A DNA stretch of 23,136 nt. Source: Chlamydiota bacterium. Lineage in GTDB: Bacteria; Chlamydiota; Chlamydiia; Chlamydiales; SM23-39. How positions within the stretch are numbered: position 1 is the first letter of the stretch; each line of letters begins with the position of its first letter. The notes under the pieces were generated by a model. It was not told where the DNA came from and ran no database searches. It saw nothing but the letters and a program-made list of their open reading frames with translations. The position numbers and the translations under genes were made by a program. Of the stretch, positions 7,721-16,615 are shown piece after piece. The DNA is taken from positions 1-23,136 of the forward strand of contig JBCDEZ010000022.1 in NCBI GenBank assembly GCA_039179045.1. The letters run 5' to 3'.

Positions 7721-8926
7721 CTAGAAATCGAACCGCATTGTAAGAGTAAGTCCATGATACATCAAATCTCCCGGAGGACTAAATCCGCGATAGGCAGAAT
7801 CAATGCTTGAACGCATGACATTCTGTTTCGCCCAGAGGTGGAACTCATAAGCAGCGAGAAAGTCGATGTGAAAGGCATCTTCTGCGAGGTATGTACCCCA
7901 TCCAAGACCTAAACCCATTTCACTTTGTGTTCGGACGTGACGATATGTGTTCTTCAAATCGAGAGGTCGCGTTACCAAAGCACCATTTTCGGTTTCTGTA
8001 ATAGTGCCACTTGTTGTAGCCCTTTGTCTTTGGTAGAGCAAGCTCCCTGCAAGAGAACCTGTAGCACGAAGACCATATCCCAGAATCCAGTTCATATCGA
8101 GCCCTGCACGGGGACCTGCAAACCAACTCTTAGATCGGTGATTCGAACGGACAAAATCCGTTGCGTTGATAGGAAGAGAACTTAAGTTGAATCGTTGATT
8201 CAACCAGCCAAATCGAGCTCCCAAAAAGGGACCCATTGTTAGCATTTGGCCAGAATAAAACCAACGAGCAGTTTGTAGATCGATCGTATCTAAATTGCAG
8301 ATCCACTCACTTTTCGCCTCTTGCAAGGATACGAAATTTTCAAAAAGATCGTCGAGATTGACAGAAGTCTCATAATTGTTTTCAAAAAGACTGCCAGGAT
8401 CGGGCACAAACGTACTTTCCCGATTGCTGAAGTGCAACCTGGTGTACTCAGCTTTTCCTGTCCAATTATCTCCAGTGCCTAACTCGCCTTCAGCCGCGAT
8501 CTTAAAACCTGGCTTAAAGTCAAATTTTTGGAAAACCAGACCCGCCTTTACAGGACCATCTGTATCTTCCGAAGTGGAGTAAATCGCAAAGTCGAGACCC
8601 TCTTCACTAGCATGCCAATAAATGAAGCTTGCAGAAAGAGCAACGTCCCATCCGCAGTGGGGATTGATGCGCGCTGGACCCGAATAAGCGGGACTCAGTT
8701 CACAGTCTGCATACCCAGGACCTTTTCCAAGGCGATCTTCACACGGATCTGTGACCCTTGGAGGGCATTTCTTTGGTTTCGGGCAAGGTTTCGGTGGACA
8801 CGGCTTAGGTGGACACGGTTGTATGCATTTGTCTTTTTTGCGGCAACGCGTCGCTGCATACAATTCTGATGTGGAAGTGAACAGACTTCCAAGCATCAAA
8901 AGCGTTCCTACAAATTTATATCTCAT
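7721..8926 (-). CDS. MOMP-like outer-membrane protein with Cys/Pro/Lys-rich N-terminal extension
   Basis: Signal peptide, CPPKP repeats, SFIYW, FKPGFKI, FAGPRAG, and the C-terminus GDLMYHGLTLTMRFDF ending in Phe. Confidence 0.88.
   Translation of the reverse strand: MRYKFVGTLLMLGSLFTSTSELYAATRCRKKDKCIQPCPPKPCPPKPCPKPKKCPPRVTDPCEDRLGKGPGYADCELSPAYSGPARINPHCGWDVALSASFIYWHASEEGLDFAIYSTSEDTDGPVKAGLVFQKFDFKPGFKIAAEGELGTGDNWTGKAEYTRLHFSNRESTFVPDPGSLFENNYETSVNLDDLFENFVSLQEAKSEWICNLDTIDLQTARWFYSGQMLTMGPFLGARFGWLNQRFNLSSLPINATDFVRSNHRSKSWFAGPRAGLDMNWILGYGLRATGSLAGSLLYQRQRATTSGTITETENGALVTRPLDLKNTYRHVRTQSEMGLGLGWGTYLAEDAFHIDFLAAYEFHLWAKQNVMRSSIDSAYRGFSPPGDLMYHGLTLTMRFDF
8793..8818 (-). repeat. 15-bp-period coding repeat (PCPPK units)
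   Basis: GGTGGACACGG occurs at 8793-8803 and 8808-8818, encoding QPCPPKPCPPKPCPKP. Confidence 0.85.
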
Positions 8927-9294
8927 CTTTCAGAGCTCCTGTTTGTACAGATTTTTTTATCTAAACCTGATGGTAAAAAAACCACAGCTTTAGAGCAAAT
9001 CATTTTTCAAAATGAGGGTTTCTTGGTTGTTCTTTGTGCAAATATCAGAGGGGGCAATACAGTTTTAACATTCTCTAAACGAATTTGTTAAGAAAGTTTT
9101 AGTAGGGAATTTTCGGAGGAAAAATTCTTTTGATTTTGCGGGGAAAATCTAGTAGGATTCTGCTTTTTTGTTCTTTTTTGCTAGAGCTATTCGCTCAAGA
9201 ACTAATACTTATAGAGTATTTGTTTTCTTTTCTCCTTTGGTATAAATTGTCTATAATTGTACCAATTTGTAGATAACAATTTCCCTTACCTCAT

Positions 9295-9759
9295 ATGCGC
9301 TGTCCCTACTGCCAACATGACGAGTCCAAAGTGACCGATTCGAGAAGTGCCCCCGATATTCATGGCATTCGTAGACGAAGAGAGTGTTTAGGCTGTGCCA
9401 AGCGTTTTACTACTTTCGAAACAGTCGATGTTCTTTTACAGGTGAAAAAAAGGGATGGTACCTATGAAGATTTTCAGCCCAGTAAGCTCATGCGCGGGTT
9501 GAATAGCGCCTGTCGACATAGTCGGATCAGTCATGAGGAGGTGCGCAAAATTGCTGCTGAAATCGGGAAGAAATTGAGCGAGAGTCAGTGCCGCGTGATT
9601 CGCGCGCAGAAGCTCGGAGAAATGTGTATGGAGTCTTTACAAGAACGAGATGTGATTGCCTATATTCGTTTCGCTTGTGTATATAAACGTTTGAAAGATG
9701 TAAACGAATTGATCGAGGCGATTCGCTCGATCAACCCTACAAGCGATTTATTAGACTAA
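9295..9759 (+). CDS. nrdR: Transcriptional repressor NrdR
   Basis: MRCPYC...VTDSR...IRRRRECLGCAKRFTTFE zinc ribbon, ATP-cone, and AYIRFACVY. Confidence 0.98.
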   Translation: MRCPYCQHDESKVTDSRSAPDIHGIRRRRECLGCAKRFTTFETVDVLLQVKKRDGTYEDFQPSKLMRGLNSACRHSRISHEEVRKIAAEIGKKLSESQCRVIRAQKLGEMCMESLQERDVIAYIRFACVYKRLKDVNELIEAIRSINPTSDLLD

Positions 9760-9770
9760 TTGGAGCAAAG

Positions 9771-10139
9771 ATGGCACTGAGTAAACAGGACATTGCGAAG
9801 TATCGCAAAGAACTCCTCTCATTGAAGGAGACGATTTTGCATAAGATTGCAGAAATGGAGGCAGAGGTGAAAAATCCTGATGGGTCCAAGGGATATTCAC
9901 AACACCAGGCAGATGAGGGATCAGATGATTTTGACAAAACAATCGCACTGAGGCTCTCTGACGAAGACCGAGCAATCTTGCAAAAGATTGAACATGCTCT
10001 TAAAAGAATCGATGAGGGTTCTTATGGTATCTGCGAGCTTTCTGGAGCGCAGATTCCGCGAAAACGCCTCGACGCCCTTCCCTATGCAACCACTACCGTT
10101 GCCGCGCAAAGCCAATTTGAACAGGGAAAAAAGACGTGA
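9771..10139 (+). CDS. dksA: DksA/TraR family regulator (chlamydial type)
   Basis: HQADEGSD coiled-coil tip and ALKRIDEGSYGIC...IPRKRLDALPYA. The nrdR-dksA-lspA order is as in Chlamydia. Confidence 0.93.
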   Translation: MALSKQDIAKYRKELLSLKETILHKIAEMEAEVKNPDGSKGYSQHQADEGSDDFDKTIALRLSDEDRAILQKIEHALKRIDEGSYGICELSGAQIPRKRLDALPYATTTVAAQSQFEQGKKT

Positions 10140-10645
10140 AAAAAGCGCTCATTTTTCTGAGCGTATTGCTCGGGATCGATATCGCTACTAAATACCTGAC
10201 CTATTGGTACGTTCCCCAGATGATTTGGATGCACGCATCGTATCCTTATGGAGGGTATGGTATTTTTGAAAACCTTTTCGGAGGCGTGAGCCTCTCCATC
10301 AATCATGTGCAAAATCGGGGAGCTGCCTGGGGTTTTTTTTCCCAGTACAGTGAACAGCTTTTGGGTTTAAGAGCTATTATGGTTACCGCTCTTTGTGTGT
10401 ACACGATCTTGTATGTAGGAAGGGAGCGCAAAAAATGGCTGTTTTTCTTCATCATTGCAGGGGCTTTGGGTAACATCATTGATCACTACTTCTACGGATC
10501 TGTGATCGATATGATTCACTTCAATTTTTGGGGATATACATTTCCCTTATTCAATTTTGCAGATATTTGTATCAGCCTCGGCATCTTTCTTTTGGTTTTT
10601 CCTCCACTCTTCGTGCGGCGCCCGGAGGTTCGCTCCTGGCAATGA
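10136..10645 (+). CDS. lspA: Lipoprotein signal peptidase II
   Basis: DIATK, NRGAAWG, GALGNIID, VIDMI and FNFADICI motifs. Confidence 0.97.
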   Translation: MKKALIFLSVLLGIDIATKYLTYWYVPQMIWMHASYPYGGYGIFENLFGGVSLSINHVQNRGAAWGFFSQYSEQLLGLRAIMVTALCVYTILYVGRERKKWLFFFIIAGALGNIIDHYFYGSVIDMIHFNFWGYTFPLFNFADICISLGIFLLVFPPLFVRRPEVRSWQ

Positions 10646-10660
10646 GTGGGAGTTTGTCAA

Positions 10661-10689
10661 TTGTTGTGAATCGGTTCTTGTACTATAAT
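10661..10689 (+). promoter_or_regulatory. Putative sigma66/70 promoter for the cinA operon
   Basis: TTGTTG-17 bp-TATAAT, ending 29 nt upstream of ATG 10719. Confidence 0.55.
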
Positions 10690-10718
10690 CATTGCGAACA
10701 CAACCGAAAAGTGGGTGT

Positions 10719-11882
10719 ATGCACATTGCCATTGTAACTATTGGAACGGAGCTTCTCCGGGGACTCACTGTGGATACCAATAGCGCTTTTCTAGGGTCGT
10801 TTTTGAATCAACAAGGTTATGAGGTTTTCTTAAGACTTTCCCTGCCTGACCGTCCCCAAGCTGCCTCCTTTGGTTTGAAAGAGGTCTTGGCAGAGGCAGA
10901 TTTTGTGATCACAACGGGGGGATTGGGGCCGACTTTAGATGACCGGACAGAAAAACTCTTGTCGCCTCTTTTCTCTAAAGAGCCCGAGCGTTTGCCCAAT
11001 CCTTTGGGGCAGGCTCCTGCACTTTTTTATCGAGAGAAGAACAAAGCGCTTTTGGCTCTTCCAGGAGTGCCCGCAGAGATGCGCGCTTGCTCTCGGCAGT
11101 TTCTTCTCCCTTCTTTAGCAAAAATTCCGATGCAAAAGAGAAGTTTTATTCTGGAAAACATCTACCTTGGAGAGAAGGGAGAAAAAGAGGTGGATGCATT
11201 TCTCCGTCAATTGCAAGCCAATCATCCAGGACTTGATGTGGGGATCTACCCAGGTTGGGGTCTGTTGCATGTAACACTTGCCTTGGCGGGAGAACAGGCC
11301 AGGAGCTGCCTTTGCGCGATCAAAGAAGAGCTTTTCACAAGATTTTCCGCATACATTTATGAAGCTGCGAACGGTTCGATTGCAGAGGCGCTACACACAT
11401 ATCTTTTAACGCAGAACTATAAACTCGGTTTTGGAGAGTCGTGTACGGGGGGTGCGCTCGCTTCGAGGATCGCAGCCTTGTCTGGTGCCTCCCAATATTT
11501 TCTCGGATCACTGGTCACGTATTCGAATCGATATAAAGAGCTTTGTTTTGGCGTGGACAGTACGCTGTTAGCTCGCTACGGAGCGGTGAGCTTGGAAACA
11601 GTGCGCGCTATGACAGAGCACTTGCTCTATCAACTAGAAGCAGATTGTGTTGTATGCGTATCTGGGATCGCGGGCCCAAGTGGAGGATCTCAAGAAAAGC
11701 CTGTGGGCACAGTTGCGGTAGGAATCGCAGTGCCAGGAGAAGAGCCCTCTTACGGCTACTTGGCAGCCCCTAAAGAGAGAGCCTCTTGCATCGACTATAC
11801 CTGCAACATGACTTATTTTTACCTATGGCGCTGGCTGAAGCACAAAATACCTCCGAAATTCCATGACCTACCGATTACTTGA
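10719..11882 (+). CDS. cinA: CinA-family protein (COG1058 domain + PncC NMN deamidase)
   Basis: IGTELLRG..DTN, TTGGLGPTLDDRT, LPGVPAEM, ESCTGG, VTYSN..K and SGIAGPSGG motifs. ATG 10719 is the preferred start. Confidence 0.93.
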   Translation: MHIAIVTIGTELLRGLTVDTNSAFLGSFLNQQGYEVFLRLSLPDRPQAASFGLKEVLAEADFVITTGGLGPTLDDRTEKLLSPLFSKEPERLPNPLGQAPALFYREKNKALLALPGVPAEMRACSRQFLLPSLAKIPMQKRSFILENIYLGEKGEKEVDAFLRQLQANHPGLDVGIYPGWGLLHVTLALAGEQARSCLCAIKEELFTRFSAYIYEAANGSIAEALHTYLLTQNYKLGFGESCTGGALASRIAALSGASQYFLGSLVTYSNRYKELCFGVDSTLLARYGAVSLETVRAMTEHLLYQLEADCVVCVSGIAGPSGGSQEKPVGTVAVGIAVPGEEPSYGYLAAPKERASCIDYTCNMTYFYLWRWLKHKIPPKFHDLPIT

Positions 11883-12651
11883 TTCTGGCTCTGGCAGAAA
11901 GCTCGAAGAATTTGGACCTGTTGTTGTAGACCGCCCTTCTCCCTATGCAATCTGGGAAGAGCAAAACCGTTCTCTTTGGAAGTCTGCAGATCTCTACTTT
12001 ACTCGCGAAGGGGGATGGCGCGGGTCCAAAGATTCTTGGAAGTTTTGCACTCAGGATCTCACCTTTACTTTGTCACCTAATGACTTCGGGCATATCGGCC
12101 TTTTCCCTGAACACCTCTCTCTTTGGGAAGCTTGTTATGCCTCTCGTGGAGCGCGTATCTTGAACTTATTCGGCTACACGGGGGCTTTGAGTGTACATCT
12201 TGCGAGAAAAGGGGCCTCAGTTACTCATGTAGATGCTTCGAAACCAGCCCTCATTCGTGCTAAGGAAAATGCGGAGCAAAATGGTATCACGCAAATTCGC
12301 TGGATCTTGGAAGATGCGTTGAAGTTTGTCAAAAAAGAAGAGAGGCGCGGACGTAAATACGAGGGCATCATTTTGGATCCTCCTACCTTTGGCCGCGGCG
12401 CTAAGGGAGAGGTATTCCAGATCGAGCAACACCTTTTCTCTCTTTTGCGTGCCTGCTCGAACCTTTTGTCTCCCGATGCGAGCTTTTTGTTTGTTTCCTG
12501 CCACACTCCTGGCTTTACCCAGCTCTTGCTACAGCAAATTCTAAGGCAAATAGGACGTGATCCACTCTGGACAAAAGAGCTCGTTTTGGGAGAGGCTCCC
12601 GGTAACCAGATCTCTTCTGGGATCGCTGCATTTTGGACCAATCGTATATGA
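11863..12651 (+). CDS. Class I SAM-dependent (rRNA-type) methyltransferase
   Basis: YRLLDSG..RKLEEFG, ILNLFGYTG, VTHVDAS and IILDPPTFGRG motifs. Confidence 0.92.
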   Translation: MTYRLLDSGSGRKLEEFGPVVVDRPSPYAIWEEQNRSLWKSADLYFTREGGWRGSKDSWKFCTQDLTFTLSPNDFGHIGLFPEHLSLWEACYASRGARILNLFGYTGALSVHLARKGASVTHVDASKPALIRAKENAEQNGITQIRWILEDALKFVKKEERRGRKYEGIILDPPTFGRGAKGEVFQIEQHLFSLLRACSNLLSPDASFLFVSCHTPGFTQLLLQQILRQIGRDPLWTKELVLGEAPGNQISSGIAAFWTNRI

Positions 12652-13448
12652 TCACTTCAAAGGAGAATCCGAAAATCAAACGCCTACAACGGCTGAAAAA
12701 ACCGAGAGAAAGAAAAAAAACCAAACGTTTTTTGATTGAGGGATACCGGGAAATTGCAAGAGCTGTTGCTGGAGGCATTGCCATCGAGGAGTGTTATGCT
12801 TGTCATGAGCTTTTTTTGCGCAAAGAAAATGAGGAGTCTTTGCTCCAAGAAATCGAGAAAAGGGGAGGGGAGGTTCTTCCGCTTGCCTCTTCTCTTTTCC
12901 GAAGACTCTCCTACCGAGACCGTCCCGATGGTCTGTTGGCAGTAGGCAGGCAACCCTCCCGTGTTTTGGAAAAGGTGCCTTGCTCGAACTCTCCTTTTTT
13001 TGTCGTAGCAGAGGGGATCGAAAAACCAGGCAACTTAGGCACCATTCTTCGCTCTTCGGATGCAGCGGGTGTCGATGGTGTTTTCGTATCCGATCCTTGT
13101 ACAGATGTGTACAACCCCAATGTAGTCCGAGCAAGTGTGGGATGCCTATTTACTCAGTTCGTCATGGAAACGAGTCGCGCGCAGCTGGCAGCTTACTTAG
13201 ACAAGCGAGGCATACAAAAAGTTGCCGCAACGCCTCACGCCAAGAAGCTCTTTACACAGGTCGATCTATCGGGCCCTATTGCACTTTTAGTGGGCTCAGA
13301 GCAGTACGGCCTCCAAGAGGCCTCTTTAGAAGAGGCAGACATACAAGTGCGGATACCCATGCTTGGGATAGCCGACTCTTTGAACGTTGCCCAGGCAACC
13401 ACACTTGTGTTATATGAAGCTTTGCGACAAAGACATTCTCTATCTTGA
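12648..13448 (+). CDS. TrmH/SpoU-family RNA methyltransferase
   Basis: ITSKENPKIK, FLIEG, EKPGNLGTILRS, GSEQYGL and IPM...SLNVA SPOUT motifs. ATG 12648 overlaps the upstream stop. Confidence 0.95.
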   Translation: MITSKENPKIKRLQRLKKPRERKKTKRFLIEGYREIARAVAGGIAIEECYACHELFLRKENEESLLQEIEKRGGEVLPLASSLFRRLSYRDRPDGLLAVGRQPSRVLEKVPCSNSPFFVVAEGIEKPGNLGTILRSSDAAGVDGVFVSDPCTDVYNPNVVRASVGCLFTQFVMETSRAQLAAYLDKRGIQKVAATPHAKKLFTQVDLSGPIALLVGSEQYGLQEASLEEADIQVRIPMLGIADSLNVAQATTLVLYEALRQRHSLS

Positions 13449-14055
13449 TCGACAGGTAATAGTCGTTCTCAAACCTTACGGAGTGCTGACCCAAGAAGAT
13501 CCGCGTGAGAATCTGCAAGAAGCAGCAAAGCGGTACTTGCAAGAGCATACGGGGAAAAGTCGCCCCTTTTGCATACCGATTCACCGCCTTGATAAAAACG
13601 TGGCTGGCATCGTTGTATTTGCGCGTACCTCGAAAGCTTTGCAACGGTTGCAAAGCGCTCTTCGCGAACGGAAAAGATGCAAAAAGGTGTACTATGCCCG
13701 TGTGGAGGGCAGAGTAGCAAAAGGGGGTATGCTTACTCATTACCTCGTGAAAAAAGCCTACCATAGCCGAGTGTTTGACTCTCCTCTTCCCGAAGGGAAA
13801 AAGGCAGAATTGCTCTTCACGGTTCTAGAAGAGGGCTCCTCTTCTATACTCCAGATAGAGCTCATTACAGGTCGCTACCACCAAATACGAGCGCAGCTAG
13901 CACATATTGGGCATCCAATTTGTGGAGACCGCAAGTATGGCGCTCTGAGCTCGAAAAAAGGGATCGATCTCTACCATATGGAAATGAGTTTCCCCCATCC
14001 TATATCGGGAGAATCGATTCGAGTTTGTGCAAAACCGCTCTTCTCTTCGCAATAA
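13414..14055 (+). CDS. RluA-family pseudouridine synthase
   Basis: KPYG, catalytic HRLD, KVYYA and TGRYHQIRAQL..GHPICGDRKYG. ATG 13414 is the preferred start. Confidence 0.95.
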   Translation: MKLCDKDILYLDRQVIVVLKPYGVLTQEDPRENLQEAAKRYLQEHTGKSRPFCIPIHRLDKNVAGIVVFARTSKALQRLQSALRERKRCKKVYYARVEGRVAKGGMLTHYLVKKAYHSRVFDSPLPEGKKAELLFTVLEEGSSSILQIELITGRYHQIRAQLAHIGHPICGDRKYGALSSKKGIDLYHMEMSFPHPISGESIRVCAKPLFSSQ

Positions 14056-14116
14056 CAATATCGCGGAAAAGCGCTTTTGCCTTGGATTTTTTCTACGATT
14101 GGTCGATCATGCAAGG

Positions 14117-14719
14117 ATGAGTTCTTCGATACAAAGTGCCGTGAAAGAGGTTGCGCAAGCAGCCTCATTTTTGCAACAACCCGCATCGCTTGCTTTTATG
14201 GAACAGGTTTCTGTCGCCCTTGTGCGATGCTTTGAGGAGGGCAACAAAGTGCTGGTTGCAGGAAATGGAGGAAGCCTTTGCGATGCGATGCATATTGCCG
14301 AGGAATTCACGGGGCAGTTTCGAGCACGTAGAAAGCCGCTTCCAGCTATCGCTCTCGCAGATCCAAGCCATATGAGTTGTACCGCAAATGATATGGGCTT
14401 TTCTTTCATCTTTTCCCGTCTCGTCGAGGCTTACGGAAAAAAGGGGGATATTTTGATACTTCTCACTACTAGCGGCAAATCCTCCAATCTTGTGGAGGCG
14501 CACCGAGTAGCGCGCCAGTCTGGGCTGGTCACGGTTACCTTTTCTGGAAAAGGCGGTGGGGATCTGCAGGGAGAATCAGACCTTGAGTGGATTGTCCAGG
14601 GGTTTCGTTACTCTGACCGGATTCAAGAGCTGCATATGGCAGCGGCACATATCATCATCGAAGAGGTAGAAAGACGCCTCTTCTCTCTCGGGATTTCTTC
14701 TTGCACGGCTGTTGTTTGA
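14117..14719 (+). CDS. gmhA: Phosphoheptose isomerase (SIS domain)
   Basis: GNGGS..DAMHIAEEF, ANDMGF, TTSGKSSN and DRIQELH motifs. ATG at 14117 follows AAGG. Confidence 0.93.
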   Translation: MSSSIQSAVKEVAQAASFLQQPASLAFMEQVSVALVRCFEEGNKVLVAGNGGSLCDAMHIAEEFTGQFRARRKPLPAIALADPSHMSCTANDMGFSFIFSRLVEAYGKKGDILILLTTSGKSSNLVEAHRVARQSGLVTVTFSGKGGGDLQGESDLEWIVQGFRYSDRIQELHMAAAHIIIEEVERRLFSLGISSCTAVV

Positions 14720-14777
14720 GCCTTTGGCCAACTGTTGTTTTTGCGTTGTATCCCTTGGGGATGTTTTTTGAGGTCAA

Positions 14778-15869
14778 GTGACGATGCGTAACAGCCTCTT
14801 TTCCTATGTACGCGCTAAGATGCTCCAGAAAAAGAAGAGCCCGTTCCATCCCTTCTTGCACGCCTGCAGCTATTTCTACCGCGTGGCTGTTTGGGTGCGT
14901 AAAGCGCTCTATAAAAAAGGCATTTTTCCTTCTTTTCGAGCTTCTTCTTTTGTAATCAGTATCGGCAGCCCGATCGCAGGGGGCACGGGAAAAACGCCTC
15001 TTGTTTTGTACCTTTTGCGCCAATTGGATCACACAAAGTGCGCCGTACTCTTGCGGGGGTATCGAGGAACAGTGGAGCACACGCGCATTTCTCGTGAGGT
15101 GGATGCGCTCAATCCAACCCTTTTTGGAGATGAGGCGGTATTGATAAAAAAGAGCGCGCCTAATCTCTTAGTGCTCGCCGGCAAACGGCGCAAGAAGAGC
15201 TTGCAGAGCGCAGACACGCAGAAGAAAAAACTATGCATCTTGGATGATGGATTCCAGCATTGGTCGGTACAACGAGATCTCGATCTTGTCATACTACAGG
15301 AAAGCGATTTGCAAGAGCAGCAGTGGCACTTGCCAAGAGGCTTTTTGCGCGAGTCTCTGCGCGCTCTTGCCCGCGCAGACCTTGTCTTTATAGAGGGAAC
15401 AAGTTCTCTCGCAGTTCTACGAACCGCTCTTTTGCGTTATACGAAAGCTCCCTTTGTTCTTGTGCGTCGAATTCTTGCAACTCCTCGGCTGAGAACAGGT
15501 GTTCGATGCACGGGAACGATCTGCGGCGTTTTTTGTGCGATCGCGCGCCCTGAACCTTTCTTGAGCGGACTGCAAGACCTGGGATGGCAGGTGTGCTACG
15601 CAAAGTGCTTCCCAGACCACAGTTCTTTTTCCCGGGAAGAGCTCGAAAAGATCTGGAGAAAAAGCCAGGCTCTCGGAGCCACTGTGCTCCTTTGTACAGA
15701 AAAAGACTTTGTAAAGGTACCCGCGACCTGGGATATTCCGATTGCTTATGTCCCTCTTGCTTTTCAAATGGAAGGCGAAGAGCTTATTTGGAAGCTGATT
15801 CCGAAAGAGGTTTGCTCGCCTGCGAGAGCCTCTGAGCCACATTCTCCGAGCATGCAGACTTTTCTCTAG
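14778..15869 (+). CDS. lpxK: Tetraacyldisaccharide 4'-kinase
   Basis: GGTGKTP, RGY, GDEA, LDDGFQH, LPRGFLRE, FPDH and TEKD.VK motifs. An alternative ATG start lies at 14784. Confidence 0.96.
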   Translation: MTMRNSLFSYVRAKMLQKKKSPFHPFLHACSYFYRVAVWVRKALYKKGIFPSFRASSFVISIGSPIAGGTGKTPLVLYLLRQLDHTKCAVLLRGYRGTVEHTRISREVDALNPTLFGDEAVLIKKSAPNLLVLAGKRRKKSLQSADTQKKKLCILDDGFQHWSVQRDLDLVILQESDLQEQQWHLPRGFLRESLRALARADLVFIEGTSSLAVLRTALLRYTKAPFVLVRRILATPRLRTGVRCTGTICGVFCAIARPEPFLSGLQDLGWQVCYAKCFPDHSSFSREELEKIWRKSQALGATVLLCTEKDFVKVPATWDIPIAYVPLAFQMEGEELIWKLIPKEVCSPARASEPHSPSMQTFL

Positions 15870-16003
15870 TCTTTTTCTTAACGATTTCTGGGAAGAATGC
15901 GTTCGCATGAGTGTTCCTTGAACAAGGATTCAAGGACTACTAGGCGTGTTCGCTAAAAAATGAAAGTACAGCAATTCCAGTAGAAATACGACTACAGAGC
16001 CCG

Positions 16004-16615
16004 TTATTTGAGAGTTAGACCGGGTCTTGGACTTATTTCGATATTCTTCAGTCCTGCAAGGTGCGCCTGCGTTCCAGGATCATCCTTTAAGTTTGCGACA
16101 ATGGAATCTAGATCTACATCTGGATCCGTCGCTAGAGCATTTCTCAAATGTTGCAAAAGCTGGATCGGTCTTTGAATGTTGGGAACTTCTGCAAATGCTT
16201 GGTCGGGACTGCCCTGAGACACGTTTTTTCCCAGTAGAATATTGCTGTAGATCATGGAGATGAGGCACCAATATTTGGCTCTTACATCCAGGGTTGCCTG
16301 TTTTCTAAGATACGCCCAAAGAAGAGCGCAAAACGATACGGGATCTTTCATGAAGACAACAAGCAGCGGTACTAGTAATGGTTTTTTATCACAAAGACCA
16401 TCAATCACAGGAAGACTGAAAGCAATAGGGGTGCTGTGGGCAAATGACATTGTATGAATACGATCTGAAAACTTCTCATGCTGGATATGCGGAAAAATAG
16501 GTTTCCAACAAGATTTTGTATACCATGCGTACCAAAATATAAAACTAGCTCGAAGTGATACGCCTATCAGAAGAAACGAGGCTAAAGTGATCGGTAGGGC
16601 AGAGAAAGAGTGCAA
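16004..16615 (-). CDS. Hypothetical membrane protein, possibly the remnant of a longer gene
   Basis: A 203-codon ORF with a hydrophobic N-terminus, TTG start and no recognisable family. Broken hydrophobic frames continue upstream to about 16860. Confidence 0.5.
   Translation of the reverse strand: MHSFSALPITLASFLLIGVSLRASFIFWYAWYTKSCWKPIFPHIQHEKFSDRIHTMSFAHSTPIAFSLPVIDGLCDKKPLLVPLLVVFMKDPVSFCALLWAYLRKQATLDVRAKYWCLISMIYSNILLGKNVSQGSPDQAFAEVPNIQRPIQLLQHLRNALATDPDVDLDSIVANLKDDPGTQAHLAGLKNIEISPRPGLTLK

Noticed and set aside
9990..10110. DksA with only one zinc-finger Cys
   Set aside because: This is the usual chlamydial DksA type, so it is not novel.
15915..15936. Hairpin TCCTTGAA-N6-TTCAAGGA between convergent genes
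   Set aside because: There is no U-tract on either side, so it cannot be called a terminator.
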